This document shows, piece after piece, positions 19,676 through 29,469 of a DNA stretch of 64,000 nucleotides (the first letter of the stretch is position 1; the number at the start of each line of letters is the position of its first letter). Source of the DNA: an uncultured Chlorobiaceae bacterium (GTDB lineage: Bacteria; Bacteroidota; Chlorobiia; Chlorobiales; Chlorobiaceae). Location of the stretch: NCBI GenBank assembly GCA_903994525.1, contig CAJEXW010000003.1, positions 52,768 through 116,767 on the forward strand, given 5' to 3'. Under the pieces are notes generated by a model. The model was not told where the DNA came from. It did not search any database and saw nothing but the letters and a program-made list of their open reading frames with translations. Position numbers and translations under genes: made by a program.

Positions 19676-20395
19676 CTATATTGGGTCAGTCTGACTCTCA
19701 GGGTTACGGGGAACGGGTTGAAAGCTATTTGTTGTATCGAAACAGTTTGTCGCTGTTCCTGCAAAAGAACGTATCAGTAGTTGTTTGACAGGAGGATGAT
19801 TTGCAAAAACGGTGTACCAAACAGACAAGAATCCGTTCTGAGTAGCAAAATCTACAATGTCTTGTGCTGTTTTTTGTCCTGCTTCATATTCAGGTAAATA
19901 CTTCATTGCCCACTCCCATGCAATTTTTCTATGTTTCCATCGTTTGTCATTTTGACTCTGCTTTGGATACTTTTTATTACCAGGATACTTATCGAGGCCA
20001 ACCAGGTTAAGCATGTTTTCTGCATGTGTCCGAGAAATGCCCGTCGGTGCAGGATTTACTGTGATAAGTCCACCTTCTTTATAGGAAAACGACAGAAAGG
20101 TGTTGTTCAAATGAGGGAAATGCATTGTTGTGAAATCAACGGGTTTATTTGATTTGCCACCTTTGCCATTACATTTACCACAGGCCAGCAGAAAGTTATC
20201 CCAATCGTGAGCTAATGTGTCGTCTTGATCTTGAGAAATAATGTGTTCGATTTCAAGATCAGAACTGAAAACCTCGCAGTAACTGCAATAGGGCCCAAGA
20301 GTTGCTTCAAGGTCATTATTAGCCTTGGTATGAGGTATATACGATTTAGGTCTTCCTTTTTCCTGGGGCCATGCTGATTTGATTACTGGTCTCAT
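19676..20395 (-). CDS. ptuB: HNH endonuclease, PtuB-like (Septu)
   Basis: CSYCE...LEIEHI...WDNFLLACGKCN; 4-bp overlap with the upstream ATPase. Confidence 0.75.
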   Translation of the reverse strand: MRPVIKSAWPQEKGRPKSYIPHTKANNDLEATLGPYCSYCEVFSSDLEIEHIISQDQDDTLAHDWDNFLLACGKCNGKGGKSNKPVDFTTMHFPHLNNTFLSFSYKEGGLITVNPAPTGISRTHAENMLNLVGLDKYPGNKKYPKQSQNDKRWKHRKIAWEWAMKYLPEYEAGQKTAQDIVDFATQNGFLSVWYTVFANHPPVKQLLIRSFAGTATNCFDTTNSFQPVPRNPESQTDPI

Positions 20396-21699
20396 AGCCC
20401 TTTCACTATTCTTTCGATTTTTAATGCGGCAACAAAAGCGGGATCTTCACCAAATAACTCTTTAAGTTCATTCAGCCTGTTTCTGAGTTGTTGTGTTTTA
20501 TCATCAGTATCACTTGTTTTTCCAGCTTCGATAAGCGTGTAATACTCTTCAGCAACACTCTGTATCTCTAAAAATTCAATACTTCTTGGCATATCTTCAA
20601 CACCCATTTCGTTTGCTGCCACCTCTTCAATACTTTTTCTGAACGGGTCGCCATCTTTCTCGATATCTTCATCAAGAATTATAAGCTCTTCTGATTTAAG
20701 TGACTGAACGATGAATGGCGAATGTGTCGTAACAACAAATTGAATTTCAGGAAAAGCCGTTTTTAAATCATGAACTACATGCCGTTGCCAGTTAGGGTGA
20801 AGATGAAGGTCTATTTCATCAATCATCACAATACCTTTCGTCTCTGAAATGGCTTTGTCATTCTTGTATCCATTCAGCACCACGCAGCGGTATGCAATTT
20901 CGGCCACCATTGCGGTGAAATAGTGAATGCCATCACTATGAAGACTCAGAGGGAGTAATCCGGTTTCGTCATTATCAATGTTGATTTTTACCCATAATTC
21001 ACCATTTATAAACTCAATGTGTGTTATAAAAGGGTTAGCTTTTGTAACTGCTGCAAAAAATGCCTCTTTAGTATTCGGATATTCTTTGCCTTGATCAACC
21101 AGGTGATCATAAGTTCCAAGCCACTCTTCATAATGAAATTTAACAGCTTTCATCTCTTCCCAATCCTGATAGCCTTCCTTAAAAAGCTGCCTACCTAATC
21201 GCTGAATGCGGCTTTTCCTCGTAACTCGCCCGGCACCAACTGCCCGGGTTATACCGAAAAATGCTATCACTGGTAAATCAACCTTATCATCAGATTCTTT
21301 CTGTACTCGATGATATTTTTCAAGAGAAATATTTTTGATAGCACCTACATCAGCATTAGTCGATGTGGTTGAGCTGCTGCCTTCAAGCCACTGCCGACAC
21401 CATGTAATGGTATTATCAAAATCAGGGAAAGAGCCTTCAGTTTCTATTTTTACAGGAAATTGTTGGAGGAGCAACTTGCCTGATTCAATAATCCTTATCT
21501 CGTCTTTTTGAATATGACGTGATTTAACTTCGGGTATTGTGAGAAAGTAAGAACCGGATGCAATTCTCAGAGCGTGAAGAATTGTTGATTTACCTTTTCC
21601 ATTCACACCAATAAATGCGGTAAAATCAGGATTCAGATAAAACGTTTTTTTGCTACCAATATTCCTGAAATTCTGTATAGTGATACGTTTTATATTCAT
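20392..21699 (-). CDS. ptuA: ABC/AAA-type ATPase, PtuA-like (Septu)
   Basis: I.IQNFR, GVNGKGKSTIL, degenerate signature LHSDG, GIVMIDEIDLHLHPNWQR, QFVVTTHSPF. Confidence 0.8.
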   Translation of the reverse strand: MNIKRITIQNFRNIGSKKTFYLNPDFTAFIGVNGKGKSTILHALRIASGSYFLTIPEVKSRHIQKDEIRIIESGKLLLQQFPVKIETEGSFPDFDNTITWCRQWLEGSSSTTSTNADVGAIKNISLEKYHRVQKESDDKVDLPVIAFFGITRAVGAGRVTRKSRIQRLGRQLFKEGYQDWEEMKAVKFHYEEWLGTYDHLVDQGKEYPNTKEAFFAAVTKANPFITHIEFINGELWVKINIDNDETGLLPLSLHSDGIHYFTAMVAEIAYRCVVLNGYKNDKAISETKGIVMIDEIDLHLHPNWQRHVVHDLKTAFPEIQFVVTTHSPFIVQSLKSEELIILDEDIEKDGDPFRKSIEEVAANEMGVEDMPRSIEFLEIQSVAEEYYTLIEAGKTSDTDDKTQQLRNRLNELKELFGEDPAFVAALKIERIVKGL

Positions 21700-21761
21700 C
21701 AGATAAGGTTCTTAGTTCTTAATGAATTTGATTCTTGGTTAGAAAAATCTTTTCGACTCTA

Positions 21762-22163
21762 TTAATTTGACCGATAGATATAAGCATCTTCAATAAAAGA
21801 ACCATTAATGGCATTTCTTGAAAATCTTATACCAGCATTTCCTTCTGATTTAATTGTACATTTCAAGAGTTGCACAATTTTATCGGCTGTGTTGGTTACA
21901 GAAATGTCATGTGTTGATAGTATTTCTTCATCTTCAGAAGCAAAATTATTGGCATTAATGACTTTTCTATAATATTCACGAGGTCCTAAGTCTGTAACTA
22001 ACGGTGAAGCAAGGATAAGTTTCCAGCCTCTATCTTCTTCATTATAAAGCCAAAATGCGCTTGTTAGTTGAGCATTTTCAGTATCAAGCCTTTCAATAAG
22101 CGTTAATCCGGCTTTAATCATTTCATTTGAAAGTATTTCTCTTACCAAAATTTCTTTAGCCAT
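21762..22163 (-). CDS. Hypothetical 133-aa protein coupled to the HEPN gene (possible antitoxin)
   Basis: Intact ORF; its start overlaps the HEPN gene end by 22 nt. Confidence 0.7.
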   Translation of the reverse strand: MAKEILVREILSNEMIKAGLTLIERLDTENAQLTSAFWLYNEEDRGWKLILASPLVTDLGPREYYRKVINANNFASEDEEILSTHDISVTNTADKIVQLLKCTIKSEGNAGIRFSRNAINGSFIEDAYIYRSN

Positions 22164-22558
22164 ATCAAAATTCCTGATTGTGTGTTAGTAATTGCTTCGT
22201 AGAGGTCTTTTGCAGCATTTGCTTCGATGGCGTTTTTATATCGAGCGGTTTCATTCCAATCTTTTGCAATAGACCAATTAAGTTTAAAGTCGTTATCTTG
22301 TTGTTCTTTTTGATTGAGTATTTGCTTTAAATTAGCAGCTCCTAATAAATCTGTAAAGTTATGAGTATAACTTTGGTTCGTCAGCTCTTTATTGGGAAAA
22401 TCATATTGTTAAACTTTTTTAGCTATACATGCTTTAATAGCACATTCAAGAGCATATCCTGCAAGATAATATGCTCCTTCATAGCATTCAGCATCAAAGA
22501 GTACTTTAGCCTCTTTTATTCGTATATCAACAATTTTTTCTAAATCGGATTTATTCAT
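22142..22558 (-). pseudogene. HEPN-domain protein with in-frame TAA
   Basis: MNKSDLEKIVDIRIKEAKVLFDAECYEGAYYLAGYALECAIKACIAKKV*QYDFPNKELTNQSYTHNFTDLL...WSIAKDWNETARY...WLKKFW*. TAA at 22409-22411; 139 codons otherwise open. Confidence 0.8.
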
Positions 22559-23071
22559 GTGATCTTTGGCTTCATTTTAATGATAACAGCGTTTCCATTT
22601 TTTTTCTGCAGGAGCTAACCAGTCATTTAGGCTTTTCACATGATTTAAAATCATTTCATTGCAACGGAAGTTCCAGAGCGAAAAACCGATAATGCTATAT
22701 TATAAGGTTGTTTAGGAGAAAAATGACCTAAAAATGTAGTCACTAATAAATTTGTGTATCATAAATTAATTGCCTATATTTGAGTATAGATTTGATCTAA
22801 ATCTTGGTCTGCGTCACAAACTCTGCTATTATTTCGGCAAAAATATCCCAAAGTAGTCACAATAATTAAGAACACGCTAATTCTATAAATTATTTCTGAA
22901 TAATAAGTTACTGTTATTTCTTGCTTGATTTTTTCTGGAACCTCCGTTGCAACTACAAGTTAAGTATGATTCAATGATAATTTTATCGTTTAGTATTTCA
23001 AGTTAAATATTATCGTGAATGGCTATATTTTTCAATTTATTATATGGTTTTGTAGGGGGCGGGGAGCTTCA

Positions 23072-23500
23072 TTATGAAATGACGAACCAATTTTCTATTA
23101 CCAACCCGTTAAATACAACAAAGTCCTTAACGTTGCGCGTTACCAAAACTAAATTATTAACATAAGCAATCGAGGCTATTTGACCATCCACAAAGGAAGG
23201 CATTTTACCTTGCTCAGTTAACTTTGCGCGCTGTTTCGAATGCCACAAGGCAGCTTCAGCGTTGTAATCAAAAATTGGCAAGGTGGCAAGAATGACGTTA
23301 TCAATATATTGCTGAATATTTAACCGTTGTTTTGAATTCTCGGGTAATCGCCAGCATCCAAATGCAATTTCATGTAAAACAATACTTGCTGTAGATAACT
23401 CTTCATTTTTGATATTGATGTTTTCGACGATACTCTTTGATGGATTTGGTTTGAGTACCTCCGAAAGAATATTTGTGTCGAGTAGATATCGTGATTTCAT
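23072..23500 (-). CDS. vapC: VapC PIN-domain toxin
   Basis: YLLDTNILSE, LHEIAFG, FVDGQIASIA, LVTRNVKDF. Confidence 0.92.
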   Translation of the reverse strand: MKSRYLLDTNILSEVLKPNPSKSIVENINIKNEELSTASIVLHEIAFGCWRLPENSKQRLNIQQYIDNVILATLPIFDYNAEAALWHSKQRAKLTEQGKMPSFVDGQIASIAYVNNLVLVTRNVKDFVVFNGLVIENWFVIS

Positions 23501-23778
23501 AGTTCAATGTCTCTACCGCCTGATGTATCTCGAACATTATTGAAAATTTCATCTGCATCTGCAAATTGATGAAGATCAACGGATTCTCGATAACGTTGTA
23601 ATTCATTGCAAAATCCGTTATCACTAGACGCATTGTTTGCAGGAATAGTGCGATCAGCCATTTTTATTTTAATAAGTAGACGTAGAGCGTATTCCAGTAA
23701 ATTGCGACTATCAGAAACCCCGGTAAGACGGGAAGCCTGACTTAATAAATTATCATCAATAATAGTCTGTATGTTCAT
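23497..23778 (-). CDS. vapB: VapB-like antitoxin
   Basis: IDDNLLSQASRLTG...LLEYALR RHH-type start; ATGA overlap with vapC. Confidence 0.75.
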   Translation of the reverse strand: MNIQTIIDDNLLSQASRLTGVSDSRNLLEYALRLLIKIKMADRTIPANNASSDNGFCNELQRYRESVDLHQFADADEIFNNVRDTSGGRDIEL

Positions 23779-23929
23779 TTGTGCTTACCTCATCAAGCAA
23801 TTATTATGATAAGATTAACTTTTTTTCGGATTGTTTCCTTTCCGGTTTCAATCGCGATAGGATACGTTCCGCGAATTTTTGCTTCGTGAATGAATTCCTA
23901 AACAAGAATTCATTCACTGTAGCTCTGCT

Positions 23930-24119
23930 GCCGACTATTTCAAATTCCAAGAAAATCTCTTTTGCAGGAACTGATTCTATCTCTCCCCCCAAATTTTAAA
24001 CTTCTTCTCTCTCACTTTTAGAGTCAGAAGAATAGAAGAGATGATTCAATAAGTTCAATTCTTTCTATGGGGTAGAGTTTCTCTGTCGCCGGATATATCT
24101 GCTTTGCTTGAGTCATCAT
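23930..24119 (-). pseudogene. Degraded addiction-module (antitoxin-like) gene remnant
   Basis: MMTQAKQIYPATEKLYPIERIELIES, then in another frame LFYSSDSKSEREEV*..GEIESVPAKEIF. Resembles putative addiction-module components; several disruptions. Confidence 0.45.
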
Positions 24120-24193
24120 AACGGTATTCTCTGCTATACCTCAATTTACCAAAAAAAGTACAATCAAAGGCAACTCAAGTCCTATGAAATCTT

Positions 24194-24250
24194 GGCTAAC
24201 GTAAAGTTATGGGGCGAGTTCCTCTCGAACGCCCTGACAGAACGTTCATG
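24194..24250. other. attC-like site (57 bp)
   Basis: GGCTAAC-GTAAA-GTTATGGGGCG-agttcctctcgaa-CGCCCTGAC-AGAAC-GTTCATG: AAC/GTT cores, 5-bp spacers, paired inner arms with bulges. Lies 4 bp beyond the helicase stop. Confidence 0.55.
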
Positions 24251-24254
24251 AAAA

Positions 24255-27200
24255 CTATTTTGCACTTGATATTGCAAGTTCCAAAGCAGCTTGCATTTCA
24301 TCAACGACCCGTCCATTATCTTCCATGGGCGTGAATTTCCATATCCTTTTTTCTACCAGGTTTGGCGCATGTTCCATGGCTTCCGTCGGTTCAATTCCAA
24401 GAGCAGTAAGGCGCTCCAGGAGTTCATGCAGAACATCATCTTTACGGAGTGACCACGTGGAAGCGAAGCAGCGCCAGAATACCCAGCCAGCTCTTTCCAG
24501 AACACGTTGACGATTCATGTCATGCGGCCATCGGTCAGGCCCGTGGTATTCATCGCCATCCAGCTCAATTGCCAGGCGGTTATCCCCTGCGCCCTCAACG
24601 ACCATGTCGATACGGTAAGCGCCTGTCTTCACTTGTGGAGTAACACGATACCCACGAGACGCAAGGATGGAAAACACTTCCCGCTCAAACCCTGACTCGC
24701 ATTGGTCAATCAGCAGGCAGGCAGCCCCTTTGTCAGTCACCATCGGCTGGTTGAAGTGGTTGAGCAAGGTAAGGCGTAAATCCTTATCTGATAAATCGGC
24801 TGTTTTTACGGAGCGAACCAGATACATCCGATCGCGTGCCCGGCTTGCTGCCACGTTGAACCGTTGGTCAAATTTCAGACCAGAAAGCGCATGACAATTT
24901 TTGCTGTCCACCACCATCGACAGGAACATGATGTCCCTTTCACTCCCTTGAAATGTGCGGGCTTCCCCGCTTACAAATTTGCGGTGAAGGAGTTCGGTGG
25001 CATCGCACTGTTGACGCACGATGGAGTCAATGTGTTTAGCTTGATCCATTCCCAGCAGTGAAACGACACCCATGGTACGACCTGCAAAAGCTTCATTTTT
25101 CAGAATGGCCGAAATTTCCTCAGCAATGGCCTGAGCTTCATAATTGTTATGGTCGTGCTTGTCACGGAAGCCATCGGTGACGAAAATATCGACAAGTGGC
25201 GGCTCAATTCGCTCTGAGGTCTTTGGAATACGTAACGGCTGAATTCCCCCTTTGTAAAACAGACGATTGGCGTAGGCAATGATGGGCGGGACACAACGGA
25301 AATGCTCGCGTAGCATGACTTGTTCAGCAGCGAAGACGCGGGCCGCCAGATCATAGAGAGATTTTTCCGGTGTCATTTCTGTTCCATAAGGCTGCCCGGA
25401 AAGATAGCGAACCTTGAGTGCCTGAATTTTTTGACCCGAGATAAAACTGCCATCCGGGGAGACCTGTTTATCGTCACCTACGACCAGAATTTTCTTCCCG
25501 CGAAGGATAGCGGGAAGCGCCCATAAATCAGATTGACTCGCTTCATCGACAATGACAAGGTCGAAGCTTCCAATGTCTGGCGGCATAGCCTCCGATATAC
25601 GGGCATGGCTCATGATCCAGCAGGGGACTGCACCGGCAGCATCCAACATAGCTTCTCGTGCATCTCTGCGATACCGTGTTGCGTTTGGGCCTGTTCCCTG
25701 ACCGATACGGCGGATAGCAGTTGCATAGCCTGCAAATCAAGGGGCCAGCCGCTCTCGCCGGACTCCAGTTCTTCTGCCAAAGTTTTGGCTTCTTCAACTA
25801 ACTCAAGAAGATCCCTCGCCGCGATGAGAACCTCGGCAGTTGTAGCCTTCAAATCAAGAAGGTCACCACGTTCAACCTCCGCCTCAATCCTCCTTATACT
25901 GGAGAGTGTTTCATGCAGTTCGGCGATTGCAACCGTTGTTGGAAGTGAATCAGCAGACGGGTAGTTCGCCGTTACATAAACCAAATCTTGTCCGACCTTT
26001 CGCCGTGCTTCACGGAGTTTGCCTGCCTCCTCTTCGGTGAGAGGTGGCGCATTTTCCGTAGAGAGGGTTATCTCATCATCAAACCAGCCGTGCTGTTCTA
26101 ATCCGGACGTAACCAACTCAGCAAGCTTCTGTGCGCGCATTGGTACGCCATCAACCTCTATCTCTGAAAGCTGTGCAATCGCAATCTCATCAATGCGAGT
26201 GTCAATTGAGACAAGCTCGTGGTGGGCGCGATCAATGGCGCTTTCCAGTGTCGCGATGTCATGCCGTGTCTGTTCCGGATTGAGCTGTGATACCTGATGC
26301 TGAATCGTCTCGATTGATGCTTGAAACTGGCGGACACCTTCACGGTCGCTGGCCATAAGCGCCACAGTCAGGGCGCCAACCTCCTCTGGTATTTTGGATT
26401 GGAGTACTTGAAGCGCAGGCTCTCCACGTGAGGTGACAAGAACCCGTCTGCCAGTCGCCAGATAGTGGCAAATAACATTGGCAATGGTGTGTGTCTTGCC
26501 AGTACCCGGCGGTTTTTGCACAGCGACACCCGCAGCTTTTTCAAGCCGTTGAATGATGGTAACCTGCTCTTCGTTGTAGGGCAGGGGAAAATAAAGCTCC
26601 TCGGCTTTACCCTGACTTGATCCGCGACTTGATAGCCCACGGAAACGAATAGTCTCGAATTCTACTGGTTTGTCTGAAGGCGGGGTCACAAGGGCGAGTG
26701 GGCCAGATGGAATATCGCATCCGGTCGCCAGTTTCTCCTTCAGGCGTTTTAAATCATCCGTCAGATAGTGAGTGGTGCGCGGTCGTGAAAGCAACACCCA
26801 GGAATCTGTAACGATCAAGTCGGCATCGGGGGCAGGAACAAGTTCGCCCCTTGAAAGGATCTCCCGATAGCTACCGTTGCTATCCATGTTTGATGCTGCA
26901 AGTTTGAGTATATCGGTATAGCTCGAAGCATCAAACGGGGTAACAGGATTTTCGTTATGCCTTTGGAGATGCTCCTTTATAGCTCGCTCAACGTCAGTAG
27001 AGCCGGGGAGCGAGCATGCAGCGAACGCATCCATTTCCACTCGCGTATCGGTAGATCGGGGACGAACATCCAGCGCCATGCTTTTCTCGTCTATAGAAAT
27101 TTCAACGGCTTGAGTGAGCAATGGATATTCAAAACTGACGATGCTTTCTTCAAACGGGATCTGCCAAGACGCAACGCCTATGCCCCATACGAGCTCCTGA

Positions 27201-27733
27201 GGTTTGGCTGTCTCTTCGGCTTCAATCTGGTGTCTCAATGCGAACAGATCGCCATAAAGGGAGATGCTCTTGCGACGCGGGCGCTCACCCTCAGCCCAAG
27301 CGTTCCATTGTAGCAGGTATTCCTGGAGGGCAGCTTCAGCTTTCTGCCTCAACTGTTTTTCTCCCGGCTTTGCTTGAGAAGTTTCTGCCAAATGAGGATC
27401 AACCTTTGATTCATGCTGGTCAATCCAGGTGATCAGATGGCCTTCATCAAGTGTGGGAGGCTCACCAAACGGGTCATTACTGATAATGAACAGCCCCTTG
27501 AACGGGTCGGAAACAATTGGAGGGCGATGGGCTTCAAGGCGCGCCAGGTGTAGCCAGATGTGGTCGCCCTCTGGTCGAAGATCGAATTCAAGACCGGGGA
27601 GTCCAGCCAAATCAGTATTGCGACGAACAAATCCCTTCGCGGCAGAAATGCGGTAGCCTTTCGGGTCAATATCTTTTGCTTGCTCTTCGATGTATTCCAG
27701 CAATCCTTTGAGCAGGTCACGAGGTGACGGCAT
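24255..27733 (-). pseudogene. Large SF1 (DNA2/NAM7-like) helicase with C-terminal Vsr/DUF559-like nuclease, split into two frames
   Basis: N part: Walker A KPPGTGKT, LVTS, EEQ Q-motif. C part: VIVDEASQ, VGDDKQ, LREHFRC, FQGSERD, RFNVAASRAR, SGFEREV, IELDGDEYH. The frame changes near 25735; the conserved AIRRIGQGTG segment lies in the C-part frame upstream of its ATG. Confidence 0.8.
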
Positions 27734-27840
27734 AATTACTTCTTTTTGTGCAATGCTGAGTTAAGTCTTACTCCGAATATTCTAATACTATTCTTTTTTT
27801 TAACACAAGTATTACAAAAATAGCACAAATGCGCTGACAT

Positions 27841-28764
27841 TCATTCAAATTGCAGAGATTGTTGGTCTTGGCTCAAAATAACCTCTTCAGGTACACCCTC
27901 AAAGCGTAATTTGCTCTCCTCGGCATAGTCGCTTCTGAGTTCTACCCCCACCCATTGTCGCTTCAGGCCATCAGCGACATATCCAGTGGTGTTGCTCCCT
28001 GCAAATGGATCAAGTACTAAATCACCGGGGTTCGTCAGAAATTCTATGAAAAATCTCGGTAGCTCTGCCGGAAAACGGGCAGGGTGTATTTTATTTCCAG
28101 CAATTTTACTGTTCTTTATATAAGCGCTGTTCGATTCATTATTTCCACACTGGATAAGGTTGGATGGAATTGAACCTCCTCTATCGCTTGCAAAGGTAGC
28201 GTTGATGATATGACCGCTTGGGCGGATTGTCTGCTTTACTCCGCGTTTGATCAGGCGCTTCATATCCTCGCTGTATGGCTGGAGAACTTTTCGATTATCA
28301 GCCTTTGCCATTGGATCCTTGACAAACCAGAAAATATACTCCACGCTGTCTTTTACCCGAATGCGACGAACATTGACCCACTCTGCGGGTGCTGGCATTT
28401 TTGCTGGATTGAACCAGAAAAATTCTTGAGCCAAATCAAAACCCACTTCGTCAACAAGAGAAAGCAGGACGCGATAATGGTACAAACTGCGAATTGGTAA
28501 ACCGGGCTGCCATGCGCCACCAAGGTTCAGAACGAAGGAGCCGGATGGCTTCATGATTCGTTTGATTTCTCGAGCGAAAGGAAGGAGCCAAGCAATGTAA
28601 TCTTGCTGATTTGCATTGCCATACTCTTTTTTAAAGTGAAGAGCGTAGGGGGGACTGGTAAGAACCAGATCGACAGAATCGTTATCAATTTGCCGCATGA
28701 ATTCGAGGCTGTCAGCGCAGAACAACGCCCCAAACGCACTCTTGTAGATTGGTTCAGCTTGCAT
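27841..28764 (-). CDS. Site-specific DNA methyltransferase, beta class, M.PvuII-like (probably N4-cytosine)
   Basis: [59 protein letters not shown]. Motif order and blocks match my recollection of M.PvuII. Confidence 0.85.
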   Translation of the reverse strand: MQAEPIYKSAFGALFCADSLEFMRQIDNDSVDLVLTSPPYALHFKKEYGNANQQDYIAWLLPFAREIKRIMKPSGSFVLNLGGAWQPGLPIRSLYHYRVLLSLVDEVGFDLAQEFFWFNPAKMPAPAEWVNVRRIRVKDSVEYIFWFVKDPMAKADNRKVLQPYSEDMKRLIKRGVKQTIRPSGHIINATFASDRGGSIPSNLIQCGNNESNSAYIKNSKIAGNKIHPARFPAELPRFFIEFLTNPGDLVLDPFAGSNTTGYVADGLKRQWVGVELRSDYAEESKLRFEGVPEEVILSQDQQSLQFE

Positions 28765-29287
28765 AAGCATCAATGATGTCCTGAAAACGTGAGAACCAGC
28801 GAGGCTCTGTCTCTGCCCCTTCTGGAATGGAGTGCATGACCTGAAGTTTATCTGGATGATTCCGATGACCGAGAAGTTCTCGTACTAATGCGTATCTGAA
28901 TTGACTCCAATCGCCAGTGGAGCGACCGACACAAACAGCCACAACATCGAAGTGGTTACGGTCGTAGTAACGGCTACTGGGATCAGCTTTGGCTGCGCGT
29001 GTTTTTTGTAGCTCAACCTTGGGTTTCGGGCCATTGCGTATGGTCTTGACTTCAACCCGTATGGATATTTCTGAAAGCGTCACAACGGTAAAGTCATGCA
29101 TCCCATCTCTATCATGGCTCTCATAGCTCGTTAACCAACCTTCTCGGCTTGCGATGCGGAGCTTTCTCTCGAAATGAACCTCGGCTACGGCTCCTTCCAA
29201 GGCCACCTTCAGGCGAAATCGCTTGTCAATGGCATCCAGCAACTCTTGAGCTGTCAGGCCATATTTCAGTTCGAGTGCGTGAGGCAT
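28754..29287 (-). CDS. Putative PD-(D/E)XK endonuclease (177 aa)
   Basis: AVAEVHF...GMHDF...IRVEVKT gives an E..D..ExK arrangement; overlaps the MTase start. Confidence 0.6.
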   Translation of the reverse strand: MPHALELKYGLTAQELLDAIDKRFRLKVALEGAVAEVHFERKLRIASREGWLTSYESHDRDGMHDFTVVTLSEISIRVEVKTIRNGPKPKVELQKTRAAKADPSSRYYDRNHFDVVAVCVGRSTGDWSQFRYALVRELLGHRNHPDKLQVMHSIPEGAETEPRWFSRFQDIIDAYAS

Positions 29288-29323
29288 GGTGTTATAATGG
29301 ATAAAAATACGTTATTTTCTGGT

Positions 29324-29434
29324 TTAGAGTGGCAGCGTTTCCATAGATTGCCGGTAATACATCATATTCTTTTTGAACGTTTTCTCACTACCAATATTTC
29401 TGAAATTCTGTATGGTGATACGCTTATAGTTCAT
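29324..29434 (-). pseudogene. Truncated 5' copy of ptuA
   Basis: MNYKRITIQNFRNIGSEKTF versus PtuA MNIKRITIQNFRNIGSKKTF (18/20), then unrelated sequence and a stop after 36 aa. Confidence 0.8.
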
Positions 29435-29469
29435 TGGATACAGATGTTGGTTCTTAATGAATCTGATCC
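29376..29469. repeat. Diverged direct repeat of 21641-21734
   Basis: Ungapped manual alignment 75/94 identical, offset 7735 bp. Covers the ptuA leader and first 20 codons. Confidence 0.85.

Noticed and set aside
19676-21699. Retron (RT-msr/msd-PtuAB)
   Set aside because: No reverse transcriptase (YADD-type motif) in the island or window.
22587-22598. 12-bp match CAGCGTTTCCAT also at 29333-29344
   Set aside because: Short enough to be chance; no flanking similarity.
22613-22632. AGCTAAC-CAGTC-ATTTAGGC half attC-like motif upstream of HEPN
   Set aside because: No opposite arm found.
23781-23999. Overlapping 72-aa and 62-aa ORFs
   Set aside because: No RBS or motif; partly explained by the degraded addiction-module remnant.
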